Part shown: positions 40,250 through 51,624 of the stretch, piece by piece | Layout of the letters: the number at the start of each line of letters is the position of its first letter | How positions within the stretch are numbered: the first letter of the stretch is position 1 | NCBI GenBank assembly: GCA_964016885.1 | Contig: OZ024745.1 | Location: 120,590,001 to 120,654,000, forward strand | DNA length: 64,000 nucleotides | Origin: Eledone cirrhosa | Taxonomy: Eukaryota | Direction of reading: 5' to 3' | Position numbers and translations under genes: made by a program | The notes under the pieces: model-generated | What the model saw: the letters and a program-made list of their open reading frames with translations, nothing else | Database searches by the model: none | Told to the model about the DNA's origin: nothing

Positions 40250-40780
40250 GTGTAGTGTTGGCAAATTTCGGGAAGCATGGAAGTTTCGAAGGATGCAGTG
40301 TCCCGACAGTTAACAACTGATGCAGGTAGTTTGTTCCAAGCTTCAGCAACTCTGAGTGTGAAAAAATGTTTCCGAAAGTCATGGGATCTTTGCTGTTTTC
40401 TGATTTTGTAAGCATGACCACAGGTGTTAGACATATGGAATTCAAAAAGGTGCTCAGAGTTGTTGTTGGCAAGATGGTTAATAATCAGTTGCCAGGCGTC
40501 AGAGTTTTAATGTATCCATGCCCAGGGAAGCAAGATGTTCAGAGTATGGTAGATGCCCGATGGAGGGTATTCGTTCGGTTGCATGTCTCTGAACAGTTTC
40601 TAGAAGATCAATATTCTGAGCAAGATAGGGGTTCGAAATTGGTGATGGAAATTCTAAGTGTGGACGCGGCATAGCTATATACAGCTTTAAATAGATAACT
40701 GGAGAGTGGATGACAAAGGTCTTGCTGAGTGATGCTAAGATAGCCTTGGCCTTCTTCACAATTTTAGAGATGTGCTTTCT
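40250..40780 (-). pseudogene. CR1/L2-type LINE 3' fragment (second short piece at 39755-39872)
   Basis: KLYIAMPRPHLEF...LLETVQRHATERIP...LPYSEHL and RKHFFTLRVAEAWNKLPASVV, the typical CR1-clade C-terminus. Confidence 0.85.
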
Positions 40781-40959
40781 ATCGGAAGCATTAAATTTAA
40801 ATCAATAATCCAATAGTTTTACCAGTTGGTCATTGGATCTCTTATTAGTGTTAACATTTTCAGATACTTTCTCCCTTTTCTTGTCTTCTATCATATATCC
40901 TTTGTTGTATTCTCACCATTTTATTGCAGATGTGTGTGTGTGTGTGTGTGTGTGTGTGA

Positions 40960-41120
40960 CCACGTTCAATTGGGAGTATATACAAAATTTAATATAGAAA
41001 TGGCTTCTACAGGACTAGAACTGCTTCATTCGAAGGAAATCATCAGAGCTTTGCTGATGATTTCCTTTGAATGAAACAGTGCTAGTCCTATAGAAGCTAT
41101 TTCTATTTTAAATTTTATAT

Positions 41121-41121
<1 letters not shown>
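40960..41121. mobile_element. Fold-back PLE-like terminus with paired HHR cores
   Basis: ~68-bp arms meeting at tcatcag(41040-41046)-agctttg-ctgatga(41054-41060); CUGAUGA-t-ttc(cttt)gaa-t-GAAA; flanked by (GT)n. Confidence 0.65.
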
Positions 41122-41156
<35 letters not shown>

Positions 41157-41802
41157 GCCAAAAAGCCCTTTCTTTTCCCAAACAACAGTATTTTCCAGAA
41201 TGTTTTGTTGGCGGGTGAAAGGTTCCCATATAGCGTGACTTATCACTTAAACTGGGAGGAGTTAGTTTGTTGGTCTACAATAGAGATATGCCACTTGGCT
41301 TTGTCTTATTACTTCCACCACTTCAATAAATGCTAGAGAATGTTATCCAGTAGCACAATAGATGATAACACACAAATATCATACTGAATATATGTTTATA
41401 TATTTTGGCAGCAGTTAGTAATGGCATAGTAACTCGTTAAAAATTTATATTGTACATTTAATCCTCTTCAATTTTCCTGCAATTTTTTTTTTTTTTTGGA
41501 AGGGGGTGGGAGAAGGGGGCATAACTGACTTCTGATTCCCTCTAAATAGTCATTCCAGTATGTTAACAGTGTATATAGTTGAAATTCTATGTGGTGGCAG
41601 TATTGTGAAATAAAGAGACATGAAGTAGTAATAATTATAATAATCACAAGTTTCAGACAGAAGAGTTGTGAGGAGGAGGAGGAGAGGGCGGATAAATGGT
41701 AAGAGGTTAAAGGACACACCCATTGAAGGAACTCACCAACACCCATTGAAGTGTAGAAAAACAAAGTTATTAATGAGAGAAAAAGGAATAAGATCTACTT
41801 AC

Positions 41803-42252
41803 TGAGTGGGGGAGTTGTTCCTTCCATCATACCATTTGCAGTTGCAGGGGTAGAAGCTGCCCGTGGTTTAGATATATGGTTATTTTCAATGTCATTGACT
41901 ATTAAAGGAGTTAGAGGAACAGAATGATCAAAATTAGGCTGGGGGTGGGGGGTGGATTCATGAGGATCGGATTTCTGTGATTGTTTATCACAAACGGTTT
42001 CCTCTTTTTCTAGCTTAACAGGGGATAAAATTTGCTCAACCTCCTCTCCTGATAAAGATTTGTCCTTGGCTAAATCATTATTAGGATCTGTGGCTGGAAA
42101 TGCTTTAACTGGCTGTTCATTTGCCAGAGTATTTTCTCTGCTGGCAGAGCCTATAGAACGATTAGAAGAGCGTTTTGAAGATCTTTCTAAGTAATCCTTT
42201 GATAGGGTCTCATTATCTCCATTCACATCTTTTGCTTTACTTTGTTTTATAC
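41803..42252 (-). CDS. Internal coding exon (450 nt, phase 1/1) of an unidentified host gene; Ser/Glu/Lys/Pro-rich, probably disordered
   Basis: Open 150 codons of non-repetitive sequence (GIKQSKAKDVNGDNE...GTTPPL) between acceptor tttattttcag| and donor |gtaagt; length divisible by 3. Confidence 0.78.
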
Positions 42253-42326
42253 CTGAAAATAAAATGTTATAATGTGTGAGTATCTTTTTATCCCAACAGT
42301 TTATTACATACAACTTTACATAGCAA

Positions 42327-42496
42327 TACAGGTAAAATTCCGTTATAACGAATACCATTATAACACATTTTTTTTCAACCCCCGAGGTAATAACAAACGA
42401 GCGATTTGTTTCGGTCGATCATATTATAAAGAATTATTCGTTACAACAATTTTTTTTTATACCCCGTGAATTTTGTTATAACGGAATTTCACTGTA
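42327..42496. mobile_element. pogo/Tigger-type MITE
   Basis: TA-caggtaaaattccgttataac ... gttataacggaatttcactg-TA. Confidence 0.75.
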
Positions 42497-43124
42497 TCAC
42501 ATTACAATAACAGTTTTCCTATTTAAATATTTCACAAAATAATGATTTAATAAACATATATATTTAAGAATAGCAGATTTGAGATTCTTGAACAGAAACA
42601 CAATACAACAATTGCAGCAATGTACTTAACTCCAGAAATTACAGTCCAGAACATTATATAATAACTGAACCATGATACCCCAAACCAATAGTCCAGCACC
42701 TTATATGATTTCTTATCTAGGCACAAAGCCAGCAATTTATAGAGAAGGGGAAGTTGATTATATTGACCCAGTATTTGACAGGTATTTTATTTTATCGATC
42801 CCCAGAAGGATGAAAGGCAAAGCTGACCTTGATTATTATCAAAGGTATTTGAAAATCACAAAAAATATCTTTAACTAGAAATATAGCTACAAAAGGGTTA
42901 AAATGTTTAAATTCATCTAAAAGCCTTTCACCAAATTTTATGTAAGAACATAAAATGTTAGAATACATTCCAAAAATCGGCTTAATAAGGATTATTAAGT
43001 TAATTTATGACTAAATCCTCCAAATTCTTGATTATCATCAAAATTATTAGAAAATCATTGGTAATGTCTTTTACTAGAAATCTAGTAATAAAAAGGCTAA
43101 GATGGGAACATATAAGTGTCATAT

Positions 43125-43323
43125 TTAACTCTTTATCATACTCTATATTTATTATTGTATTTTTATGGTAAAGGCTTTACCTCACATAATATTGAATCTA
43201 TGAGATTTTGATATTATTTATTTTGAGAACAATACCTTAACATCAGTATGAGTGGCTGGTTACAGCTGGTTTGAACAGAAAGAGGTGAGAGAATTCTGGC
43301 CAGATATGGCCAGTTTAAATACA
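43125..43323 (+). mobile_element. piggyBac-type MITE (family D), right end lost
   Basis: Family D body. Confidence 0.75.
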
Positions 43324-44207
43324 AAATAAGTGATTGACAGACACAAATATTTGCACAACAAATGTTTCTGGTGTTATGACTAGATCAATGAGAGTACATA
43401 ACTTCACTTTGTTTGTATGAATTATATCAGATTTAAAGATGTATGTTTTCATTGTTTTTTATTTATTTTTAAAAAAAGATGAAACTAAAAGAAACATTAA
43501 TTTTAAGTGTTAATCAGATTGAAAATCCTTTTAAGTATTAATAATTAACCTAAGTGTAATCAGTGTATCATGCGAAGAAGGTATGTTCACATTTAGTTAA
43601 GCTATGTGGATTAATTTGACCTCCTGTAAAGGAGAGTTACTTGTATTTAACTAAGCTATATAAATTCATTTTACATTACATGTTACAGGTAGATTAATTA
43701 TGAGTTACAGGTAGATTAATTAATTTAATAGCAAGAACATTTTATCTTAAATAAGAAATAATAATCATCATCACTATCACCATTACCACTATCATTATCA
43801 TCATCACCACTGTTATTATCACCATCACCATCATCATCATCAGTATCACCACCATCATCACTATCACCACCATAACCACCACCATCATCATCACTATCAC
43901 CACCATCAAAATCACTATCACCACCATCACCACCATCACCACCATCACCACCATCATCACCACCATCATCATCACTATCACCATTATCATCATCACTACC
44001 TCCATCATCAACAGCAACAACAGTAATTTATAGAGAGTAACATTAGCAAATTTAAAACTTTGATTTGTTTTTAATTTCTATTTTTTCTATTTTTGTGATA
44101 AACAAAAAGAATATGTTCTAAAGGAACAAATACTAAATTTACAATTATATAAACTTGACCATATTTCTAATGAAAGACATTAACATACAATTGTCTTAAC
44201 CCCTTCA

Positions 44208-44432
44208 TTAACCCTTTAGCATTTACATTACTCAATATATTTACATTACTCTATTATATTTTCACGGTAAAGACTTTACCTCACATAATGTTGAATCTAT
44301 GAGATTTTGATGTTATTTATTTTAAGAACAATATCTTAATGTAGATATGCGCGACCAGTTGCAGCCGGTTTGAACAGAAAGAGGTGAGAGAATTCTGACC
44401 AGATACAGCTGGTTTAAATGCTGAAGGGTTAA
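44208..44432 (+). mobile_element. piggyBac-type MITE (family D)
   Basis: TTAA-CCCTTTAGCATTT...AAATGCTGAAGGG-TTAA. Confidence 0.85.
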
Positions 44433-45852
44433 CATATCTTTATAGCAAATAATTTTGAAAATAATCAAGAATTTAGAGAAATTTAGTAATATAACTAACT
44501 TTCTCATTATTAAGCTGGTGATTGGAACATAACATAAAGGTTCCTACATACAATTATGATGGAAGGTTTTTAGATAAACAAACATTTTACAATAAAGAGC
44601 TTTGCATCATAAAACAGAAACAGTGTCAGGCAGTTTAGCATCAGAAGGGTTAAATCAAATTGCTCCTATTTTTTTTCACAAAAAAAAAGTTGAATATTTA
44701 GGGAAATCAGTGAATATTCTGGAATTTATTTGCACACAAAGACATTCCACTTACAAATATATCAACATTTTGGCTCCTCTGTCCTTAATTGACTACTTTC
44801 AATCATTTTTAGAAATTGTTCCTATGTTTATCCAGTGCCAATTAGGAATGAACTTCAGAAAGATGCATAATAAGTTATGACTCCAGAATGTGGAAAACAT
44901 TGCTAATGGCAATTAGGAAATCTTTAGGAATTGCAGGCTTCAAATAGAAACTTTAAAGCTTTTTTCTTGGCTGACTCAGAATATTTTAAGGCAGAAACTG
45001 TGTACTATAAATGTTTCATCATCATTTTATAGAGCAATATACCATCGCAGTAAATCCTTACTTTTGGTTTTGGGGAGTTGTTTTTTTTAGAAAAATCTTA
45101 TTAACTTAGCTAACGTACTCACAAATACAGACATAGCAACTCAGGTCCCAAAATGTTAACAAGAATTATGATGTCTTCATTGGATTATGTTTTTGTTATG
45201 GTTTTGATAAAATCTCCAATTTCACAGTTGTTATTTTTCTTTACAAAAAGAAAAGAATTGCTTCACACTGAGAGAGAATCAGTAAATATTTTTATATTAT
45301 ATCTGGCAACAAACATCAAAAAGTAATCTTTACTTAATTAAGGCTCCACCTTACTTATTAATATTCCAACCAACTATTTAAAAACATATATTTCCGTCTT
45401 TATTCCCAAACTTATTCAACCTAACGGAATATGAAACAATAAAAGTAAAATGAGCTATCCCCAACAATTAAATAAATAAAGAAACACTGAATTCTACAGA
45501 TGTTATCTAGTTTACAACTGTTTGGGTGAAGGTACATGGCTTCATGGTTTAGCTGTTTGGTCATGAGTTTGATTCCCAGCTGCATGTTGTATTCTTGAGC
45601 AAGACACTTTATTTCACATTTCACCAGTCCACTAACTGGCAAAAATGAATTGTACCTCTAATTCAAAGGGCCAACCTTGTCACACACAGTATTATACTGA
45701 ATCTTCCTGAGAACTATGTTAAGGATGCACGTGTCTGTGAAATTCCCTGTCCCTTGCACATTAATTTCATGACGATACAGTTCTGTTGCTTGAACAGTGA
45801 TAGTGAGAAGTAACGGAGGTCCCACACACTACTGTAACAATCTGGCATATAT

Positions 45853-46067
45853 TTCACCCTTTAGCATTTCAACCAGCTGTATCTGGCCAGAATTCTCTCA
45901 CCTCTTTCAGTTCAAATCAGCTGTAACCAGCCCCCTCATACTTATGTTAAGATATTGTTCTCAAAATAAATAATATCAAAATCTCATAAATTCGATATTA
46001 TATGAGATAATTATGTAAGGTAAAATACAATAGTAACTATAGAGTAATGTAAATGCTAAAGGGTTAA
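45853..46067 (-). mobile_element. piggyBac-type MITE (family D)
   Basis: Family D body, reverse orientation. Confidence 0.85.
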
Positions 46068-46435
46068 CTGGAACCATGATAGTTAGAAGCGACTGAGGTT
46101 CCACACACTACTGTATGAGTCTGGCGTGTATTTAATATAAATTGACACACTTCTACTAAATGTTCAGCACTTGTTTTTCATTAAAAATTATCATATTATT
46201 TCTTCATTTCTAAACTGACATGAATTGATAACAGAGGTTTCCTGCTTGGAGCTAAAATTTCTTGTTAACCTTCTTAAAAAGTTACAAACCTCAGCTCTTG
46301 AAATACATTATTTGTGTATAAGCCAATTCTAATTTGGGTTATAGAATGATGCCTTAAAATCCTGATTCATTCTAGAATATGAAGTGTGTTTACTTTATGA
46401 ATTTCCAAATATAACTTAATTTGCCAGGATGTAGT

Positions 46436-46531
<96 letters not shown>

Positions 46532-46571
46532 TATATGCACACACATATATTTACATATATATATATATATT

Positions 46572-46630
<59 letters not shown>

Positions 46631-46667
46631 TACATACATATATATATACACACATATATATATATAT

Positions 46668-46706
<39 letters not shown>

Positions 46707-47540
46707 TATACACACACACACACATATATATATATTATATATATGTTTGTGTAAATGTGTGTATGAGTGTACATGCACATGTAATTTCAATAGGATTACT
46801 CAAAGAAACAAACAGGATGCCTCTTATACCTCATTGTAATAACCACACACTTTGGAAAGAACAAAAAAAGGGAAAGAAGATAAAACAAAATTCTTAATAA
46901 GAAAAAAGCAATTCCAGATGTTAACAAAATATTATTTTATAGTTGAAAAGATAAATAAAGGGTTATAATACAAATTTAAGGTTTCTAATTCACATATTTT
47001 ACTGATCAGTCTGTTTCTTCAATTATTCAAACTTATATGGAATCAATTGGACATTTTCCAAAACTATATGGAGTACTGCCAAGTTTTGTTCCAAGTACTG
47101 CCAAAACTAACTAGTTTACACCTTTTTGGTTTGTTTGATTCTTTGTGTGATGTGGTTGTTGTTTTAATTTCTAAAGAAAGACTTTATGTTGCTTCAATAC
47201 AACAGAAAAAATATGTGGCATGGAGCATTTGGAGAAGATTCAAAAATTAAATTCTTTGATAAATAAATACTGCATATAGTTGTGTATAATAAAGGTGCAT
47301 ACAGAGGCATATATGATATGTTTATATCTTACTATGGGGGTTTTAAGCTCAGAGTATGGTAGACTGAGATAGCTGTGACATGATCACAGCTTAAAATACA
47401 CACAGTAAGACATATATGTTTATTATACATAAACATATTGAATATGCACTTCTATTATGTATTCTGCTATGTTAGTGTCACAGCTAATTAATACTTGTGT
47501 ATATCTCATACTTTTTCCCATGATAAAACCAATAAACAAC

Positions 47541-47735
47541 TTAACCCTTTAACATTTACATTACTCTATATATACTATTGTATTTCATGGTAAAGGCTTT
47601 ACCTTACATAATTATCTCACATAGTATCGAATCTATGAGATTTTGATGTTATTTATTTTGAGAACAATACCTTAAAGTTGGTATGAGTGGCTGGTTGGGG
47701 CCAGTTTGAACAGGAAGAGGTGAGAGAATTTTGAC
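47541..47735 (+). mobile_element. piggyBac-type MITE (family D), truncated
   Basis: TTAA-CCCTTT left end and family D body. Confidence 0.8.
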
Positions 47736-47940
47736 TAAGTCAAAATATAATGGTCCATTGTAAATGTTACATATGAAATGGAGGTGTAATTCTCTACTGG
47801 TGTGACTTATAGGCACCTGCATGGCCGTGTGGTTAAAGGGTTTGCTATGCAACTTGAGAAAAGCGTTTTCTAATATAGTCTTGGATTGACCAATAGATTA
47901 TAAGTGAAATTTGGTAGAGAGAAACTGTGTAGAAGCCCAT

Positions 47941-47983
<43 letters not shown>

Positions 47984-48988
47984 ATGTCTGTGTTCCAAAA
48001 CCTTGCTATTCAACAAAAAAAAAGAGGAAATGATCAAGGAAGTGCCCCAGAATGGCCCCAGTGTGGCTGAAACCAGTAAAAAAGTAACAGAATAAATAAA
48101 TAAATAAAAATAAATAAATAAAATAAATACAACAAATGAATTATTTAGCTTCATCAACTAAAGGCAATTTTGAACATGATGACCTGAGCCAGAGCGACAA
48201 ACTCAAACAAAAGACCTACATTTTATAAGTTCTTGGTAAGTTCTATGTTTAGAGAAAAACAATTATGAAGAAATACCCGATGCAAACTATTGCTTATATA
48301 ATGTTGATGGTACATAAAACACCAGCAGGATGCACTTAATATTATGAAAGCATCATCATCATTTGCTAACTTGGTACAGTGCCAGATATTTTCTCCTCTT
48401 TCTTACGCAACTTGTAGAAGCAACATCTGGTTTCATGGAATTTATATGAAACTTCAAGTGTGATATGTAAAATCTCATATAGAGAAAAATTCTTAGCTAC
48501 TGCATTTCAAATCATTAAGAAAGGAAGAAAATGAAAATAAAAAAGGTTAAAATTGAATACAATTTTTTAAATTCTGCATCATACATTCACATGCTCCTTT
48601 GACTCTAGTCACAGACCACAATAGCTAACCAAATACTGATGTTGATGATGAGGATATACTAATACACACACACACATATTAAATGAAGGTGCGTGGCTGA
48701 GTGGTTAGAGACTTGGATTTGCAATCGTGGGGTTGTGAGTTTGATTCCAAGACCGGTCGATGCGTTATGTCCTTGAGCAAGACACTTTATTTCACATTGC
48801 TCTTTCTACCGATATATAGTATTAACAAATGGAAAGACCGATGGAAGCATTGCTTCCGCAGTCCGATTTGACGAAAGTTGATCGGCTGTCGCTATATATT
48901 TGTAAAAGGTAAACAGAAATAACAAAACAATTGGTACAGTATATGGAAGGAATATATTAGGTTAATGCATGAAATAGCAGGAAGAGGG

Positions 48989-49025
48989 TTTTAACGTTTC
49001 GGATGCTAGTCCTTCATCAGAAGAA
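48989..49025 (-). ncRNA. Minimal hammerhead ribozyme motif
   Basis: Minus strand: ttctt-CUGAUGA-a-gga(ctagca)tcc-GAAA-cg-UU-aaaa; ACGU palindromic stem III; weak stem I. Confidence 0.65.
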
Positions 49026-49194
49026 AGAATGAGAAATTAGAAAGATTGAAGGGACGGGCAGGGTGGAATTGGAAAAAATGTTTTTAGAGAATTAGAGAAA
49101 AATAACAGGTCCATTCATGTTGCCATCTCTGAGTATTAAGAAAAACAAGGCCAGAAGATATGAGATTTGAAGAAAGATTTATTACAATATATTG

Positions 49195-49414
49195 CCTAAC
49201 ATGTTTCAACACTATTACGGAATTACCTACAAGTGCTGAATCAGAGTAGTTCTTCCGTTATTCATTCACTTGCAATGTATCCAAATCCAGCAGATCTTAA
49301 AAGATTTCTCTCAAGATCTGCTGGATTTGGACACATTGTGAGCAAGTGGATAACACAAGAACCACTCTGATTCAGCACTCGTAGGTGATTGTTGTTATTC
49401 CAGTTCCTCAGAGA
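49195..49414 (-). ncRNA. Possible hammerhead with a ~190-nt hairpin as stem II
   Basis: Minus strand: tct-CUGAGGA (49411-49405), long imperfect hairpin, GAAA-catg-UU-agg, then AATAAA. Confidence 0.4.
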
Positions 49415-49510
49415 AATAACAACACAACCAGGAGCTGGACATATCGATGTATTGACGGAGTAAAACACACTTCAACAACATGTGTACCTGTCTTTTCCAC
49501 ACCAATTCGG

Positions 49511-49565
49511 ACTGCCTGAAGAGGTCACAGCCAATGATGGCTGTCACCGAAATATATATAGCAGT
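49511..49565 (+). ncRNA. Canonical type I hammerhead ribozyme motif
   Basis: actgc-CUGAAGA-ggt c acagcca(atga)tggctgt c acc-GAAA-tatata-UA-gcagt; perfect stem I and all core positions intact; AATAAA at 49581. Confidence 0.85.
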
Positions 49566-49727
49566 ATATCTATCATTTATAATAAACAAAGCCAAATTTT
49601 CAAATTTTACATATTTGACTTAATTATTTTATATATATATATATATCTGTATTATTGACAGATGTGAGAAAAAGTACTCAATACCAAAGTAGAGCTTAAA
49701 TATTGATTTAATGGCTAAGGGTGAGCC

Positions 49728-49774
49728 TTGTTACTCTGGAGTTTTACCTGTGCACTTGCAGGATCATCAGACAA
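49728..49774 (-). ncRNA. Hammerhead motif with a G12A change, in a fold-back element (49647-49830)
   Basis: Minus strand: ttgt-CUGAUGA-t-cctg(caagtgca)cagg-t-AAAA-ctccagag-UA-acaa; the inverted, internally deleted copy starts at 49778. Confidence 0.6.
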
Positions 49775-49980
49775 GATTTGTCTGATGAACCCCCTAAGTA
49801 ACAAAGTTCACCCCTTACTCATTAAATAAATATATATATATATATATATGCAAAAGTTCTATTTAAAATTGTTGGGATACAACAAGTAAATATTTTTATA
49901 ACTGATATAAAGCACTCGACAAGTATTTGGAGTAGATATACGATATTAATAAATGGAAACTATATTTATAAAACCATATT

Positions 49981-50045
49981 TATGTCATTATACATATTTC
50001 AGGGATACCAAATTAAATTATGGTATGCCTTCATCAGACAAAATA
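49981..50045 (-). ncRNA. Hammerhead motif (inverted copy of 50342-50406)
   Basis: Reverse complement of the plus-strand motif with one stem I change. Confidence 0.75.
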
Positions 50046-50341
50046 CAATATATAACAGTTTTACAAATAAGCTTTGACGTACCCTATTAAAATGCAACCA
50101 TTATTTTTGGAAGCCATCCGGATAGTGAGTTGTTTATATTATTTTAATAAGTCATAGTGTTAAGGACAATTAGAAAAAAGACGTTTTTTTTCTTTCTCTC
50201 TCTCTGTCTTTTTCTAATTGTCCTTAACACTATGACTTATTAAAATAATATAAACAACTCACTATCCAGATGGCTTCCAAAAATAATGGTTGCATTTTAA
50301 TAGGGTACGTCAAAGCTTATTTGTAAAACTGTTATATATTG

Positions 50342-50406
50342 TATTTTGTCTGATGAAGGCATACCATAATTTAATTTGGTATCCCTGAAATATGTATAAT
50401 GAAATA
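50342..50406 (+). ncRNA. Type I hammerhead ribozyme motif
   Basis: tattttgt-CUGAUGA-aggcatacca(taatttaatt)tggtatccct-GAAA-tatgta-UA-atgaaata; 8-bp stem I with G-U pairs. Confidence 0.8.
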
Positions 50407-50507
50407 AATATGGTTTTATAAATATAGTTTCCATTTATTAATATCGTATATATATATATATTACCTTTGGTAATGGAATAATTATATTGTGTTGTTTATT
50501 ATGTAAT

Positions 50508-50557
<50 letters not shown>

Positions 50558-50754
50558 CATATACACATATACATCATCATCGTTTAACACCCATCTTCCA
50601 TGCTAGTTTTGTTCCATTTGATGCGGGAATAGTTGGGAGACCGTGTCTCGCACGTATATAAACATATACATCTATGTATATATATATATATATGCACACA
50701 CACACATAAACATATATATATATCCAAAATTAATATATCATATATATATATAAT

Positions 50755-51100
50755 GGAGGCACATGGCTTAGTGGTTAGAGCATTGGCCTTGCAATCGAAA
50801 GGTCGTGAATTCAATTCTCAGACCAGGTGATATGTTGTTTCCTTGAGCAAGACACTTTATTTCACATTGCTCCAGTTTACTCAGCTGTAGAAATGAGATG
50901 ATAGGGACTGGGGTCCATATCATTCCACTGCAAAGTGGTTGTGGAGGTGCCACGACAAAAAAGCACATAGCACTCATTGTAAATGAGGTTGGTGTTAGGA
51001 AGGGCATCCAGCTGTAGAAATCAAGCCAGAATCAGTTCCCGTCCCACCCTTGCAAGCAGGGAAAAAGCGGACGTAAAATGAAATGATGATGATGATGATA
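50755..51100 (+). mobile_element. SINE family B, full length (tRNA head, CORE-like domain, RTE-derived body and tail)
   Basis: tggcttagtggttagagc A-box, gaattcaattc B-box-like, ccttgagcaagacacttta CORE-like block, ggacgtaaaatgaaat(gat)n tail. Confidence 0.9.
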
Positions 51101-51384
51101 TATGTATTACATGTTAGAGGCATCAATTTGTATTTTGAGATTATAAATGTACACTATATAAATATTATCACATTAACCTAACATCAACTATGAATGATGC
51201 TTTCCCATTCATACAAATATAGAAATACATAGAAGACACACACACACACATGCACTCAAACACGCATGGGCACAAACAAGCACAAATGCACACACACACA
51301 CACACACACATGTACATATATACATACACAAATATATGTGAAAACAAAGTGTTTCATTTTCTTGAACATATTTGAAAGAATATG

Positions 51385-51562
51385 ATAACGAAAACAAAAT
51401 GCCGAATGGTCTTTGGAGTAACGTTACTCAATAAAGTGTGTAGCTTGGAGATCAGAGAGTTACTCTCGGTAGAGCCACTACTTCTCCGAATTGAGAGATC
51501 ACAGCTCCGAGACTATGGCCATGTGGTTAGAATATCTCAAGAAAGAATCGCTGGACAGATTT
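51385..51562 (+). pseudogene. RTE LINE C-terminal fragment
   Basis: GVTLLNKVCSLEIRELLSVEPLLLRIERSQLRDYGHVVRI. Confidence 0.8.
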
Positions 51563-51624
51563 GATGGGAAAAACTCAGTATATTTCAACATATTTCAGGG
51601 CTATTACCCTCTTTCAAATGACAA

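Larger units (their letters stand above)
49850..50450. mobile_element. Large fold-back PLE-like terminus (~245-bp arms) in (TA)n
   Basis: Near-perfect inverted arms ~49939-50182 / 50206-50449, ~23-nt pyrimidine spacer, unique tail 49850-49938. Confidence 0.85.

Noticed and set aside
50755-50830. tRNA gene
   Set aside because: It is a tRNA-like SINE head continuing into CORE-like and RTE-derived sequence, present in many copies.
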